Shown here piece after piece: positions 27,323-37,140 of a DNA stretch of 64,000 bases. The DNA comes from a virus. The notes under the pieces were generated by a model that did no database searches, was not told where the DNA came from, and saw only the letters and a program-made list of their open reading frames with translations. The first letter of the stretch is position 1; the number at the start of each line of letters is the position of its first letter. Location of the stretch: positions 64,001 to 128,000 of IMG/VR virus record IMGVR_UViG_3300028840_006907; one strand, written 5' to 3'. A program made the translations under genes and the position numbers.

Positions 27323-27849
27323 GGTAATGTTAATCCGAATTTGTCAAAAATTCCTATGATTGCTTCAGCATTACCCATAGCATCATCTAGTGGATTATGG
27401 GTATGTTTTGTTTTTCGAAACTTCTTTTTCCAGTTCCTTTGAGCGTTGAATTTTTTTACAAGCCCACTATATAGATCCCCGATTCTCCTGGCACTATGTC
27501 CAAAAGGATTGTTATTACAAAAATGCCATAGATAATAATTTATGAATTGCCAGTCGAAAACGGGGTTATCCGAAATGAATACAATTCCTTGTTCTTTTTC
27601 ATTTATATTTTTTAACCATTGGTGAAATTTTTCTATTACTTTTTTGGGTGGAGGGAATTTTTTAACTTCTTTATATGAGAATCCTGAGACAACTAGAGCT
27701 GATTCGATAAATTTATTTGTTATAGGGCGTAATTGACTATAAAAAGTCCTGTTTAATTCTGGCTCTACAACTACCGCTCCGAAACAGACCATGGAATAAT
27801 CGCCGGGGCATGGACCGTCAGCTTCAATATCTACTGAGATAAGTTTCAT
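27319..27849 (-). CDS. DEDD-type 3'-5' exonuclease
   Basis: SVDIEADG (Exo I), FISDNPVFDWQF (Exo II), HNPLDDAMGNA (Exo III). Confidence 0.65.
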   Translation of the reverse strand: MKLISVDIEADGPCPGDYSMVCFGAVVVEPELNRTFYSQLRPITNKFIESALVVSGFSYKEVKKFPPPKKVIEKFHQWLKNINEKEQGIVFISDNPVFDWQFINYYLWHFCNNNPFGHSARRIGDLYSGLVKKFNAQRNWKKKFRKTKHTHNPLDDAMGNAEAIIGIFDKFGLTLP

Positions 27850-27853
27850 TGGT

Positions 27854-28030
27854 TTAACCTTTCATGTATTGTCTATTTATGTGTTTTTCATTTAGACCTA
27901 ATTTTTCAAGTGCTGAGGTAACCATATAATCCACTATTGTGATGTCAATTTCTTCTTCAAGATTTTCTTTAACAAGATTACCCGTTCTAATAATTTCTTG
28001 CACCATGTTTTCTTTTATAGTTTTTTTCAT
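27854..28030 (-). CDS. small hypothetical protein (58 aa)
   Basis: Hand-translated MKKTIKENMVQEIIRTG...; fills the gap between neighbouring genes. Confidence 0.35.
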   Translation of the reverse strand: MKKTIKENMVQEIIRTGNLVKENLEEEIDITIVDYMVTSALEKLGLNEKHINRQYMKG

Positions 28031-28031
28031 T

Positions 28032-28346
28032 TTAATTGGGATTTATAAATTTAAAAATTTCTTTTATAGCATCATCACAAGTATTATTTTTTGGAGAAGA
28101 TTTTAATATAGAATCAATTGCTGTAGCATAAAGCGCTCTGAGTTCAAATATAAATCGAATCTTTTCTTCTTTTGAAAGAGCTATATACATATCTCCTACA
28201 TTCTTGTCATGATTCATTATTTTTTCTTGGCAACTCGGACAAACAACTTGATTTAAAGGGCATCCTTTTTTACTATTACATGCTAAACATTTGGTTGGCA
28301 ATTTATCCTCTGTAATAAAACTGTGGCACAATTTACATCTATCCAT
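28032..28346 (-). CDS. Cys-rich zinc-binding protein (paralog of 28363..28863)
   Basis: CKLCHS..KCLACNSKKGCP..VCPSCQEK. Confidence 0.55.
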   Translation of the reverse strand: MDRCKLCHSFITEDKLPTKCLACNSKKGCPLNQVVCPSCQEKIMNHDKNVGDMYIALSKEEKIRFIFELRALYATAIDSILKSSPKNNTCDDAIKEIFKFINPN

Positions 28347-28362
28347 TTATTATCCTTAATTT

Positions 28363-28863
28363 TTAAAATTTCATAAAAGGTGGTAAATCTTCATCTGAAC
28401 CTCTTCTGAAAAAATCAGATAACATTTCAGATAACATATCAAGTATTCTTTCTACTCTTTTATTAGTAAATAGTTCCATAAATTTTTCTGAAAATTCCCT
28501 TCTCTGAATTGGATTAAGATCTATTAAAAGGTCTTTAATACTTTCTTTATTGGTATGTACTTTGTTAATACAGTCACTACAGAATATTTCCAGTAACATA
28601 CAGCTTTTTTGGCCATAGCAATCATGGCATCTCTCAATTTTGTTTTCTCCTTTTTTATATGTCTTTTTGCATAAGAGACATGATTCCTTTTTTTCTTTTT
28701 TATTGAAGTCAGTTTTGCAGGAATCTACTTTTTCTAGGCATGCTGTACATAAAGTATTCGGTCCAATACAATCTTTTTTATATTCGCATATTTCACATTT
28801 ACCACATTTTCTTATATCTTCTATAAGAGGTTTTTCACACTTTTTACATAATACTATTTTCAT
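28363..28863 (-). CDS. Cys-rich zinc-binding protein
   Basis: Two copies of the CKKCEK..KCGKCEIC..KKDC..LCTACLEK-type module. Confidence 0.55.
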   Translation of the reverse strand: MKIVLCKKCEKPLIEDIRKCGKCEICEYKKDCIGPNTLCTACLEKVDSCKTDFNKKEKKESCLLCKKTYKKGENKIERCHDCYGQKSCMLLEIFCSDCINKVHTNKESIKDLLIDLNPIQRREFSEKFMELFTNKRVERILDMLSEMLSDFFRRGSDEDLPPFMKF

Positions 28864-28895
28864 TATTTTCTACTCTTTTTTATATATAATTTTAA

Positions 28896-29093
28896 TTAAA
28901 GGGTTTCGAATTTTTCTTTTTCATCGTATTCATGTATAATTTTTCGCATTTGTTCAATCCGTTTTTTGAAATCGGGCATAGTTCTAATTATTTCAGAAAG
29001 AGGCATCCCCATTTTAATGACATATGTTGCTGTAGCATATCCTAATTGAAAAGCTTCAAATGCAAGATCTACCCGTGATTTATAATGATCCAT
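28896..29093 (-). CDS. hypothetical protein
   Basis: ORF track. Confidence 0.45.
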   Translation of the reverse strand: MDHYKSRVDLAFEAFQLGYATATYVIKMGMPLSEIIRTMPDFKKRIEQMRKIIHEYDEKEKFETL

Positions 29094-29102
29094 ATACCTC
29101 CC

Positions 29103-29312
29103 CTATTTCAACATTTTAAAATGCTTAAAGGTATCCCAAAAGAAATTTATTGTACATATGATAAAATAGCCAGGTATCAATTTTAATAAGAGTTCTTTTT
29201 TTGTTTTATATTCTCCTAACCATAAATGCCCAAGAACAACAGTCCATTGCATTAATAAAAAATTCGCTATTACAAATAATACCCATACTAATCCTATAGA
29301 CATACTTACCAC
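29103..29312 (-). CDS. small membrane protein
   Basis: Hydrophobic. Confidence 0.45.
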   Translation of the reverse strand: MVSMSIGLVWVLFVIANFLLMQWTVVLGHLWLGEYKTKKELLLKLIPGYFIICTINFFWDTFKHFKMLK

Positions 29313-30025
29313 ATTTCCCCAATGGCCTTTTTCTGTTTATTGGTTAATTTATAAACCAGCTTGCAATTAATACATTTCATTCTAGTTATATTCCCAAATA
29401 TATCATAAAGATCATCAGTTACCTTTCCAATCTTGTGACAAGAGTTTTGCTCACCTGCAGAAATGGTCCCATCGATATTAACTGATGGAGTGCACATTTT
29501 ACCCATCATTGCAAGACCCATCATAACTTGTGAAAGAGAGTTCGCCCCTGAATTTCGGCATAAGGATCTAAGGTTAAAACAATTAGGTGCTTTAGAGGTT
29601 ATTGGAAGTTCATTTTTAATGGCTCTTCCAAAGGGTGTTATCACTCTAAGCTGATGCTCATATGTAATATTAGGATGTTGTATAATAGGTACTTCTTTTG
29701 GATAGTACCGAGGATCATTGGTAATTTGAATATTTATTCCAATTTGAATGATTTCTTTTTTTAATGTTTCATCTTCAAGAAAAGTACCATTCGATAAAAG
29801 TGCTGGCATCAAACCTATATTTTTGGCTCTATTAATCATTTCAATAATGTCTGGATGTGAAGTTGGCTCTCCGCCTGTAAGCATTATTATAGGCATTTCA
29901 AGATTTTTTAAATATCGCAATGTCTGGTCATATGTTTTAAGATCCATATGTTCACCTTCCGGACATGCATTCACTGAACAATGAATGCAATTCATATGGC
30001 ATTTTTCAGTGACTCTTACGAGCAT
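29306..30025 (-). CDS. radical SAM enzyme
   Basis: CHMNCIHC (CxxxCxxC) and LTGGEPTSHP. Confidence 0.75.
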   Translation of the reverse strand: MLVRVTEKCHMNCIHCSVNACPEGEHMDLKTYDQTLRYLKNLEMPIIMLTGGEPTSHPDIIEMINRAKNIGLMPALLSNGTFLEDETLKKEIIQIGINIQITNDPRYYPKEVPIIQHPNITYEHQLRVITPFGRAIKNELPITSKAPNCFNLRSLCRNSGANSLSQVMMGLAMMGKMCTPSVNIDGTISAGEQNSCHKIGKVTDDLYDIFGNITRMKCINCKLVYKLTNKQKKAIGEMW

Positions 30026-30183
30026 TTCACTTATCCTTTCAAATATAATACTTACTTCTCCTCTATACTATATATACCAGATTTAAAGGCCAATTATCCC
30101 AAAATAATTTTAAATAATTTTGGGTATACTATATAACTCTATATTTATGAATGTATTATATAAGAAAAAAGTTGAGGGGAGAT

Positions 30184-30873
30184 TTAGTGTTTTCTATGTT
30201 TTCCAGTATTTAGAGATTTCTCATAATTCTTAGTGAGATGGTCATACATCTTTAAAAACCAACGATGCCATCGAGGTTTTTCTAACCAGCAGTCTTTTCC
30301 TACATGCCGAAATCCCATTTTAGAAGGAGGAGCACCTGTTACAAGATCATAGCCATTTTCTACGCGAGTTGTATCTATTGGAAGTTTATTATATTCATCT
30401 CTAAATGTCTTGTTTCCAATACGAGGACAACCATATACTATACAGGATAGGCCATTGATTCCTCTATTTTTGGCAAGGTGGCGTGCACATAAAACAGCCA
30501 GGGCTGCTCCACGAGAATGGCCTGTGGTATATATAGGCTTTTCATCATATGATTTTATGTATTTATCGATCATTTCTTTAAAGACAATCCAGCCATCATA
30601 GAAACCCTGGTGTATGGTCTTCGCCTCTTGGAGGGGGTAGATTTCAAAATCTGAGAGCCATCCTTTAATATTATCGGTACCACGAAAGGTCATGATAATA
30701 CGATTGGGATATTCAGCTATGAAAGCATAGTCAGTATTGTCTATTTTATGTATGAACTTGTCAGGTTCTTGGATATTATATCTATTTTTAGAAAGAGAGA
30801 CTAATTGTCCAGCATTGGTTGGTTCTTGGTATGCAATATTAGCAAAACCCCAGATATCTCTAAGTATCTTCAT
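30184..30873 (-). CDS. class-3 lipase / alpha-beta hydrolase
   Basis: FRGTDNIKGWLSDF and the nucleophile elbow GHSRGAA. Confidence 0.7.
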   Translation of the reverse strand: MKILRDIWGFANIAYQEPTNAGQLVSLSKNRYNIQEPDKFIHKIDNTDYAFIAEYPNRIIMTFRGTDNIKGWLSDFEIYPLQEAKTIHQGFYDGWIVFKEMIDKYIKSYDEKPIYTTGHSRGAALAVLCARHLAKNRGINGLSCIVYGCPRIGNKTFRDEYNKLPIDTTRVENGYDLVTGAPPSKMGFRHVGKDCWLEKPRWHRWFLKMYDHLTKNYEKSLNTGKHRKH

Positions 30874-30906
30874 ATCAAAGCCTTATAACTATATTTTTGA
30901 TTATTT

Positions 30907-31197
30907 CTATTTAAGAGTGGATTGATACCCCGATACCTTAACATACTTTTTTGTGAGCGCTTTTCTCAATGATTTTATTTTTGGGATAATCTTTCTAAAT
31001 ATTAAAATTGCTTTCTCTGCATGAATACTAAAATCGGTTATAGCCTTATCCAGCCGAATCTTATTTAATTGGTATTCATCAAGTTTCACATGTTTGAAAC
31101 AATTGGCTATTGATTGGTTAATTTGGTGTAATCTTTTAAGTTCCTTTTCATTAATTTTAAGTATCATTTTTGGAATCGGTTTCATCTTCTTCCTCAC
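30907..31197 (-). CDS. hypothetical protein
   Basis: ORF track. Confidence 0.5.
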   Translation of the reverse strand: MRKKMKPIPKMILKINEKELKRLHQINQSIANCFKHVKLDEYQLNKIRLDKAITDFSIHAEKAILIFRKIIPKIKSLRKALTKKYVKVSGYQSTLK

Positions 31198-31316
31198 GAG
31201 GTTTTCTATTTAAATTACACCTTTCTGAATCTCGCTCTACGTTACATCCTTCAGGAGACATGTACCAAGCGCAATCAGAACAATTACCATAACCTAATTT
31301 TTTATCTGACATAATT

Positions 31317-32270
31317 TTATTCCTTAAAATAAAATTTAGATTTTAAATTATCGTAAGCACTCCAATTACCTTCAATAATACGATTAGTATATATAGTACT
31401 TAGATTGTATTCAGAGTCGATTATATCAGCTTTAGATAAAAGTATAGCTTCAGGAGTCATCGGGACTACTGCAGCCCCTAAATCCAGAGAACCGTGATGA
31501 CTTAATATTAAATGACCTAATATTTTTTTCATTCGGTTTCTTTCTTCCGGAGGAGCTTCTAATGCGTTTATGATTGGTATAATATTAGTATAACTTAAAT
31601 TGAGATGACTATGCAATCGTCCTATATCAGTCATTTCAATAGTCAAGTCATATGTATAGGAAAACATTTTTCCGTGATCATGAAGAAAAGCTCCCATGCA
31701 AATGATAGAAGGATCTATTGGATAAATATAACAGAAAGAGGAACAGATCTTCGTTACACATAAAGTATGCTCTAATAGACCGTGTAGATAAGCGTGATGG
31801 ACGTTACCCTTTCCTCCAGGGCACATTTTAAATTTATGCACAAATGTTTCATTATTTTTAAATTTATCCCAGAGATCTCTCATATATTTATTTTTAACTT
31901 TATCATCCATTATTTGAACTAGTTCAACCCACATTTCATCGGGATCATGTGGTGAAGTAGGAAGGAAATCTACAGGATTATAAGGATTTGTTTCTTCAAT
32001 TGAAGATACAATGATTTGATTCTGACCTTGATATACATTAACTTTCCCTTGAATACGACAAACTTTAGCATTTTTAACTATTTCGTAATAAGTATCTGCA
32101 TGATTGAAAGCGGTTGCTGCTATCTGTCCTTTTTTATCTCTCAACTCAAAAGTTAGAAAATTACCTTTTGAAGCGTTTTTGAATGGTCTTAGTGAAGCGT
32201 CTGCTATAACGAAGATTCCATCTATATCTGTTCCACTACTCAATGTTAATATATCTGCTGTGTTTACCAT
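31317..32270 (-). CDS. YhaM-like OB-fold plus HD-domain 3'-5' exoribonuclease
   Basis: N-terminal OB-fold-like region, then HHAYLHGLLEHT and FLHDHGK HD motifs. 317 aa. Confidence 0.6.
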   Translation of the reverse strand: MVNTADILTLSSGTDIDGIFVIADASLRPFKNASKGNFLTFELRDKKGQIAATAFNHADTYYEIVKNAKVCRIQGKVNVYQGQNQIIVSSIEETNPYNPVDFLPTSPHDPDEMWVELVQIMDDKVKNKYMRDLWDKFKNNETFVHKFKMCPGGKGNVHHAYLHGLLEHTLCVTKICSSFCYIYPIDPSIICMGAFLHDHGKMFSYTYDLTIEMTDIGRLHSHLNLSYTNIIPIINALEAPPEERNRMKKILGHLILSHHGSLDLGAAVVPMTPEAILLSKADIIDSEYNLSTIYTNRIIEGNWSAYDNLKSKFYFKE

Positions 32271-32474
32271 TATTCTCCTCCTATATCTATGTCTATTTCA
32301 CCAATACCATCACCGACTTCTTCAATACCATCACAAATGATATCACAAAATGGTATATGCTTTCGGAAGATATAGCAGAAAATTATAATGAGAATTATTA
32401 TTGCAACAACAATTAAAACCCAACCCCACCAAGGCATAGGTCACTCCTTTATTATGTGTTATCTATTATTTTAT

Positions 32475-32885
32475 TTATACAAATTCAGTCATTGCTGTTA
32501 TATCAAATTTTAACTGAATCGGTATTGGTGCACCAAAATCCCATATAGAGAATTCTTTACAGTCAGTGCATCTATAAATTACTTCATTATCAGATTCTGT
32601 TATGAAACTTCCAGAAGTAATCAGCTCATTTCCGCAATTACATTTTAAAAAAGTGCATGGTTCATATGTAAATCTAACATCATACCAATCCAAACATTTC
32701 TGTGAAACTGAATTGAATGTTTCCATTCCTATTTGATTTTTTAAGCATCTTTGTAGGATATAAGCAGTTGAAAGGATTTTTAATTTTCCTTCAAGCTTTT
32801 TCCACCAAATGAATCTTCTCACAATTCTGGTTTTATTATAGACTTTCTTATGTATGCCTGGGTATGGATGAATATTGATCGCCAT
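32475..32885 (-). CDS. hypothetical Cys-containing protein
   Basis: ORF track. Confidence 0.55.
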   Translation of the reverse strand: MAINIHPYPGIHKKVYNKTRIVRRFIWWKKLEGKLKILSTAYILQRCLKNQIGMETFNSVSQKCLDWYDVRFTYEPCTFLKCNCGNELITSGSFITESDNEVIYRCTDCKEFSIWDFGAPIPIQLKFDITAMTEFV

Positions 32886-32912
32886 CTTGAATTACTCCAT
32901 AATATAAAAAGA

Positions 32913-33232
32913 ACCTCATACTCTCAGTGCCTTTCAAGTCAAATTCCATTGCCAAATCCATGCATTAATCTGATATAGAATATATTTGTACTTGAGGTGA
33001 CATAATCGCCTGTCCCGCCTAGGCCAATCGTCTCTCGTTGGGCAAAGGATCGAACATATTAGTTGTCCCTATACCCTTGTGAGCCCGATTTTCAAGAGCA
33101 GAAATCTTTCTGGTATCGTCAAGAAAGATCCGCGACTGCACTTCGATAACATTTCTTTATCTTTTATTTTCGAGATACCACCGGAAATATCTTCATCAAT
33201 ACTTTGTAACCTCCTTTTGAGAGGGTATGAGG
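32913..33232 (-). ncRNA. candidate structured RNA (unclassified)
   Basis: ~320 nt with no credible ORF, visibly GC-richer than its flanks. Termini pair: acctcatactctc with gagagggtatgagg. On the minus strand the closing stem is followed by a T-run. Confidence 0.3.
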
Positions 33233-33242
33233 CCCTATTAAT

Positions 33243-33881
33243 TTAAAAAATACTTTTATATAATGTATTGTCACTATTTCCAATTTTATATGAAACTAGC
33301 GCTCCGAATTCTACAAATCGTTGCATTAATAAATATGCTTTGGCTCCAAATTTTTTAGAATAATCTTCAATCAATTCTGCCAGCTCTTCACGAGAAAATA
33401 AATGCGTGGTTATATCTTCACTTGCTTCGCTTAGATCTGAACTTATTTCTCCTTTAACAGAGCATAAAATCATAAATACCGATTCGTTCGTTAATCCTGT
33501 TGAACTATATATCGGAGGAGATACATGAAATATTTGATCGATATCTAATCCAGTTTCCTCCTTCATTTCTCTACGAGCCGCGATTTCGGGTGTCTCTCCT
33601 TTATCTATGAGCCCAGCAGGAAGGCCCCACTCGTAGTCTTCCAATGGTACTCTGTACTCTTTTGTTATCACCATTTTTCCATTATATAAAGCAGCGATAA
33701 CTACAGCTTTTTGATTATTAATTCTACGTACCCAATCCCATTTTTTATGTTCACCTCTTGTATCAATATATGGTGATGTAACCATTTGGATAAAAGGTGT
33801 TTTAAAATTAATTTCGATTAGATCCTTTAATATCCTCATTTTTCCATTAATCCTTAGAAATAAATGTTTCTGGTAACTCAT
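33243..33881 (-). CDS. NUDIX hydrolase (ADP-ribose pyrophosphatase-like)
   Basis: Nudix box GLPAGLIDKGETPEIAARREMKEETGL. Confidence 0.8.
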   Translation of the reverse strand: MSYQKHLFLRINGKMRILKDLIEINFKTPFIQMVTSPYIDTRGEHKKWDWVRRINNQKAVVIAALYNGKMVITKEYRVPLEDYEWGLPAGLIDKGETPEIAARREMKEETGLDIDQIFHVSPPIYSSTGLTNESVFMILCSVKGEISSDLSEASEDITTHLFSREELAELIEDYSKKFGAKAYLLMQRFVEFGALVSYKIGNSDNTLYKSIF

Positions 33882-34335
33882 GTTCTGATATTATCATGGT
33901 TCTTGTATTTGTTACTCGTAATGTATGCCATTTATATTCAAGATCATCCCAGAGTCCCTTAAATGTAAAAAGGTATTTTTCTTTTTTATCATACACATTG
34001 TATTCAAGACCGAGCATTCTAGTTTCTACCCACCGTTCAAGAAAAGAATCTCCGTAAGTGTTGCTGTCTTTAATATCATATTCTATAAGAGCTGTGTTAG
34101 GATCATTGAATCTTCCACTTATAACCAATCTTCTTTTTTCTATATCAACACATACATATTTAGATAAATCACGGCAGACACTTTTCAGTTTATTTTTATC
34201 AATCTTTTTTGAAGATTGATCTAAAACAGCTATACAAGAACATACAGGGACATCGGTTTTTTTCATTGTCTCAGCACCTGGAGACACTAAATGTCTTGTG
34301 GAGCTTAAATAAACAGTGAATTGTTTTAAACCCAT
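33847..34335 (-). CDS. hypothetical protein
   Basis: ORF track. Confidence 0.55.
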   Translation of the reverse strand: MGLKQFTVYLSSTRHLVSPGAETMKKTDVPVCSCIAVLDQSSKKIDKNKLKSVCRDLSKYVCVDIEKRRLVISGRFNDPNTALIEYDIKDSNTYGDSFLERWVETRMLGLEYNVYDKKEKYLFTFKGLWDDLEYKWHTLRVTNTRTMIISEHELPETFISKD

Positions 34336-34425
34336 AATAACCTCGAATCGTTGAAGTTAAATGCTCCTATATATTATACAAGATTGGGATAAGTAATATT
34401 CACTTTTTTTAAAAAAAATTTAGGA

Positions 34426-34502
34426 TGGTACCCCAATCAGGACTCTAACCTGAAATCTTTGGCTCCGGAAACCAACGCTTTATACAATTAAGCTATTGGG
34501 GC
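34426..34502 (-). tRNA. tRNA-Arg(CCG)
   Basis: Hand-folded cloverleaf: acceptor GCCCCAA/TTGGGGT, anticodon loop TTCCGGA, T-loop TTAGAGT, CCA encoded. Confidence 0.85.
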
Positions 34503-34511
34503 ATTATAAGA

Positions 34512-34586
34512 TGGCGGTGCGTAAGGGAATCGAACCCTTGCCAGGAGATCGACAGTCTCCGGTCCTAACCACTGAACGAACGCACC
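34512..34586 (-). tRNA. tRNA-Asp(GTC)
   Basis: Acceptor GGTGCGT/ACGCACC, anticodon loop CTGTCGA, T-loop TTCGATT, CCA encoded. Confidence 0.9.
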
Positions 34587-34782
34587 GTATTTTTATTAAT
34601 CAATTTTTTTATTTCCGATAAAAAGACCGCAGTCGCATTGCCGAGCCATTTTCGTTTTATTCTTTATTACAATGCCTATTGCTTTAATAGGCTTTTTACA
34701 AGTGTTGCAAATATTTTGCTGTGTCTTTTTGTCATGCTGTTTCACTGCTGTTTTAGCCATTACTTGTACTCCTTAAATGTTA

Positions 34783-34856
34783 TGGCAGGGACGGTCAGAT
34801 TCGAACTGACATCGCCGGTTTTGGAGACCGGGTGCTTGACCGTTAGCGACGCCCCT
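34783..34856 (-). tRNA. tRNA-Trp(CCA)
   Basis: Acceptor AGGGGCG/CGTCCCT, anticodon loop CTCCAAA, T-loop TTCGAAT, CCA encoded. Confidence 0.85.
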
Positions 34857-35062
34857 GTATTGACAAATTTTTCATGATTTGAACCATTCACTACAACCTT
34901 CGGCTAGTTCTAATAAATGAACACAAGGTTTTGTTTCTTTTGCCAGAACACAGCCACACACTGTACAAATTACCACAGCAGGTTTCAAATCATGTTTCTC
35001 AATTTCAGCGAATGCTTTCACTATATCATTCACTATATCATTCATTTTTTCTCCGAATTATC

Positions 35063-35135
35063 TGGGCGCAGACGGACTTGAACCGCCCACGAATGGCTTA
35101 TGAGACCACTACTCTACCGACTGAGTTATACGCCC
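35063..35135 (-). tRNA. tRNA-Met/Ile2(CAT)
   Basis: Acceptor GGGCGTA/TGCGCCC, anticodon loop CTCATAA, T-loop TTCAAGT. Confidence 0.85.
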
Positions 35136-35143
35136 TTGACTTA

Positions 35144-35221
35144 TGGCACACCCGGCACGATTTGAACGTGCGACTTCTTCGTTCGTGGCGAAGATCTCTA
35201 TCCGGACTGAGTTACGGGTGC
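35144..35221 (-). tRNA. tRNA-Arg(ACG)
   Basis: Acceptor GCACCCG/CGGGTGT, anticodon loop CCACGAA (note C rather than U at position 33), CCA encoded. Confidence 0.75.
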
Positions 35222-35227
35222 GTATTT

Positions 35228-35728
35228 TTATAAAAAAGTTTTATACGTTTTTTTATTAATGATATATGATAATGTTGATTTTGCTGATTTATATTCCTTT
35301 GCTAATTTATTTAAACTTTCTCCATTTTTATTTCTGTTAATTATAGATTCTATCTCTTTTTTTGTGAATTTTCTTAATTTATACGCAGCTTTAACTGCTT
35401 GCTCTTTTCTTTCTTTTTCAGGTATATCAAATGAATTCTCTGATCTTGTACCAATTGATATATTAGAATCATTGAAATTTAATCTATTTCTATCTAAGTG
35501 TCTAGTCTCAATCCCTTCTTCAAAAACTTTATCCCCAAATAAAAAGTATGCTTTTAATTTATGTACTTTTAAATTTTTAATCTTTTTGTTTACATAGATA
35601 TTTATGGTAGGGTAACCTTTTGAATAATGGAATCTTAAAGGTTTTCCCATTGGCCCAATAACTTCATTTTTATCATTAAAATGATATCCTTTTTTTACAG
35701 CTATTTTTAAGACATCATTATTTTTCAT
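35228..35728 (-). CDS. HNH (HNH_3/NUMOD-type) homing endonuclease
   Basis: VHKLKAYFLFGD...ETRHLDRNRLNFNDSNISIGTRSEN plus a C-terminal HTH-like tail. Sits inside the tRNA cluster. Confidence 0.7.
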   Translation of the reverse strand: MKNNDVLKIAVKKGYHFNDKNEVIGPMGKPLRFHYSKGYPTINIYVNKKIKNLKVHKLKAYFLFGDKVFEEGIETRHLDRNRLNFNDSNISIGTRSENSFDIPEKERKEQAVKAAYKLRKFTKKEIESIINRNKNGESLNKLAKEYKSAKSTLSYIINKKTYKTFL

Positions 35729-35748
35729 ATATTAATTTTTCTTTCTAA

Positions 35749-35821
35749 TAGGGGTACGGGGAGTCGAACCCCGGTCGTGGGAGAGAAAATCCCATATCCT
35801 AAGCCATTAGAAGATACCCCC
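35749..35821 (-). tRNA. tRNA-Glu(TTC)
   Basis: Acceptor GGGGGTA/TACCCCT, anticodon loop TTTTCTC, T-loop TTCGACT. Confidence 0.85.
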
Positions 35822-35866
35822 ATAAAATAAAAAAGCTCCTGTCTGGTTCTCACCCGACAGGAGCTT
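35822..35866 (-). terminator. rho-independent terminator
   Basis: 11-bp stem aagctcctgtc/gacaggagctt, followed on the minus strand by TTTTATTTT. Confidence 0.7.
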
Positions 35867-36023
35867 GTATTTGCTTTATTGTTAGACAATATTATACCCT
35901 ATCAGGTGATATGTACCTCCCGATCTCGTTCGCGCCATTCTATAGCGATTGATATAATATTGTTTGTTGTTTTCATAATAATTTAAATATACCCCAAAAG
36001 GAAAGATATGTCAACTTTAAATT

Positions 36024-36653
36024 TTATTTTTTCTTGAGTCGCTTATGAAAAGTATAAGCTTGAGCTGTTTGAAGTAAAAGAGTTAACCAGTTTTCTTCAA
36101 ATTCTGTTATTAGATAAGGGAATTTTTTGACATCTTTATCTAATTTTGCCCACTTCCAATTAATTGGATCATCGTTACTACTAACCCATATATCTCCATT
36201 GTGCTGATTAATATAAGCTACCCAAAGTTCATTTCTTTCATTAGTATAAGAGTGAAAACAGAATCCTGTTATAAACGGCCCATCGGGAAGTTTGAATGGA
36301 TCTTGGTATTCTTCGAAAAATTGTTTTGATGTTTTTAATCCTGTTTTAATACATCCTGGAATAATTATTTTTTCTATGACATTTTTTTCTGACATTTCTT
36401 CGTTCAATTTTAAAGTAAATTTTGTACTACCTGAGTGCCTTTTCTTCATTTCTTCTTCTGATAATTGTTTAACAATACCGTAATCTTTAAAAGAGGATAG
36501 GTTGAAGGAAGCCCCAATATTCTTTTTACTTTTATTATTAAAAGTAGCTTTTTTTGTCAATCCAGTAATATCTGATATTACATACCCTATGTAAGTTAAA
36601 TTTTCTTTACGCCTAATTTCTAAACCATTTTCTAATAGCTGTGTGTCTTTCAA
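36024..36653 (-). CDS. hypothetical protein
   Basis: ORF track. Confidence 0.6.
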   Translation of the reverse strand: MKDTQLLENGLEIRRKENLTYIGYVISDITGLTKKATFNNKSKKNIGASFNLSSFKDYGIVKQLSEEEMKKRHSGSTKFTLKLNEEMSEKNVIEKIIIPGCIKTGLKTSKQFFEEYQDPFKLPDGPFITGFCFHSYTNERNELWVAYINQHNGDIWVSSNDDPINWKWAKLDKDVKKFPYLITEFEENWLTLLLQTAQAYTFHKRLKKK

Positions 36654-36908
36654 AACATCTCCTTTGATTTATTATATGGATTTAAGATTTCTATATAATT
36701 AGAAATATATGAAAAATATAAGGAAAAATCAAGAAAAATTTAAGATATCGTGAAAAAGTCGTGAGAACTATTTAAGTATAAAAATCGGAAGTACATAGAT
36801 AGGGATGAATTATATTATTAATCGACACTTTTTTAAAATGATGAAGCCCTTTTGAGGGTAGTCGCACGGGATATCTGTGATTATGAAAATTATCATAGGT
36901 ATCCCATT

Positions 36909-37106
36909 TTATTGTATTATATGTAGCTGATTATCTATTTCCCAATTATCCTCATCTTTAATAATATCTTCTGGCCATCTGGCTGCAGGAGAAAATTCAT
37001 TATTTTGCCAAATTATAAATTTTTTCATAGCTTCTGATTTGTCTTTTGCTAATACAAGATATTGGTGGCATCCACATCCTTCAGCAAGGAATGTATAATA
37101 GTTCAC
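36909..37106 (-). CDS. hypothetical protein
   Basis: ORF track. Confidence 0.45.
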   Translation of the reverse strand: MNYYTFLAEGCGCHQYLVLAKDKSEAMKKFIIWQNNEFSPAARWPEDIIKDEDNWEIDNQLHIIQ

Positions 37107-37140
37107 TTAAAAGAGCCTTTTTAATATGTAGGAATTTAAA

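Noticed and set aside
34638-35233. Plus-strand ORFs 34638..34877 and 34931..35233.
   Set aside because: They run antisense through four minus-strand tRNA genes, so they are artefacts.
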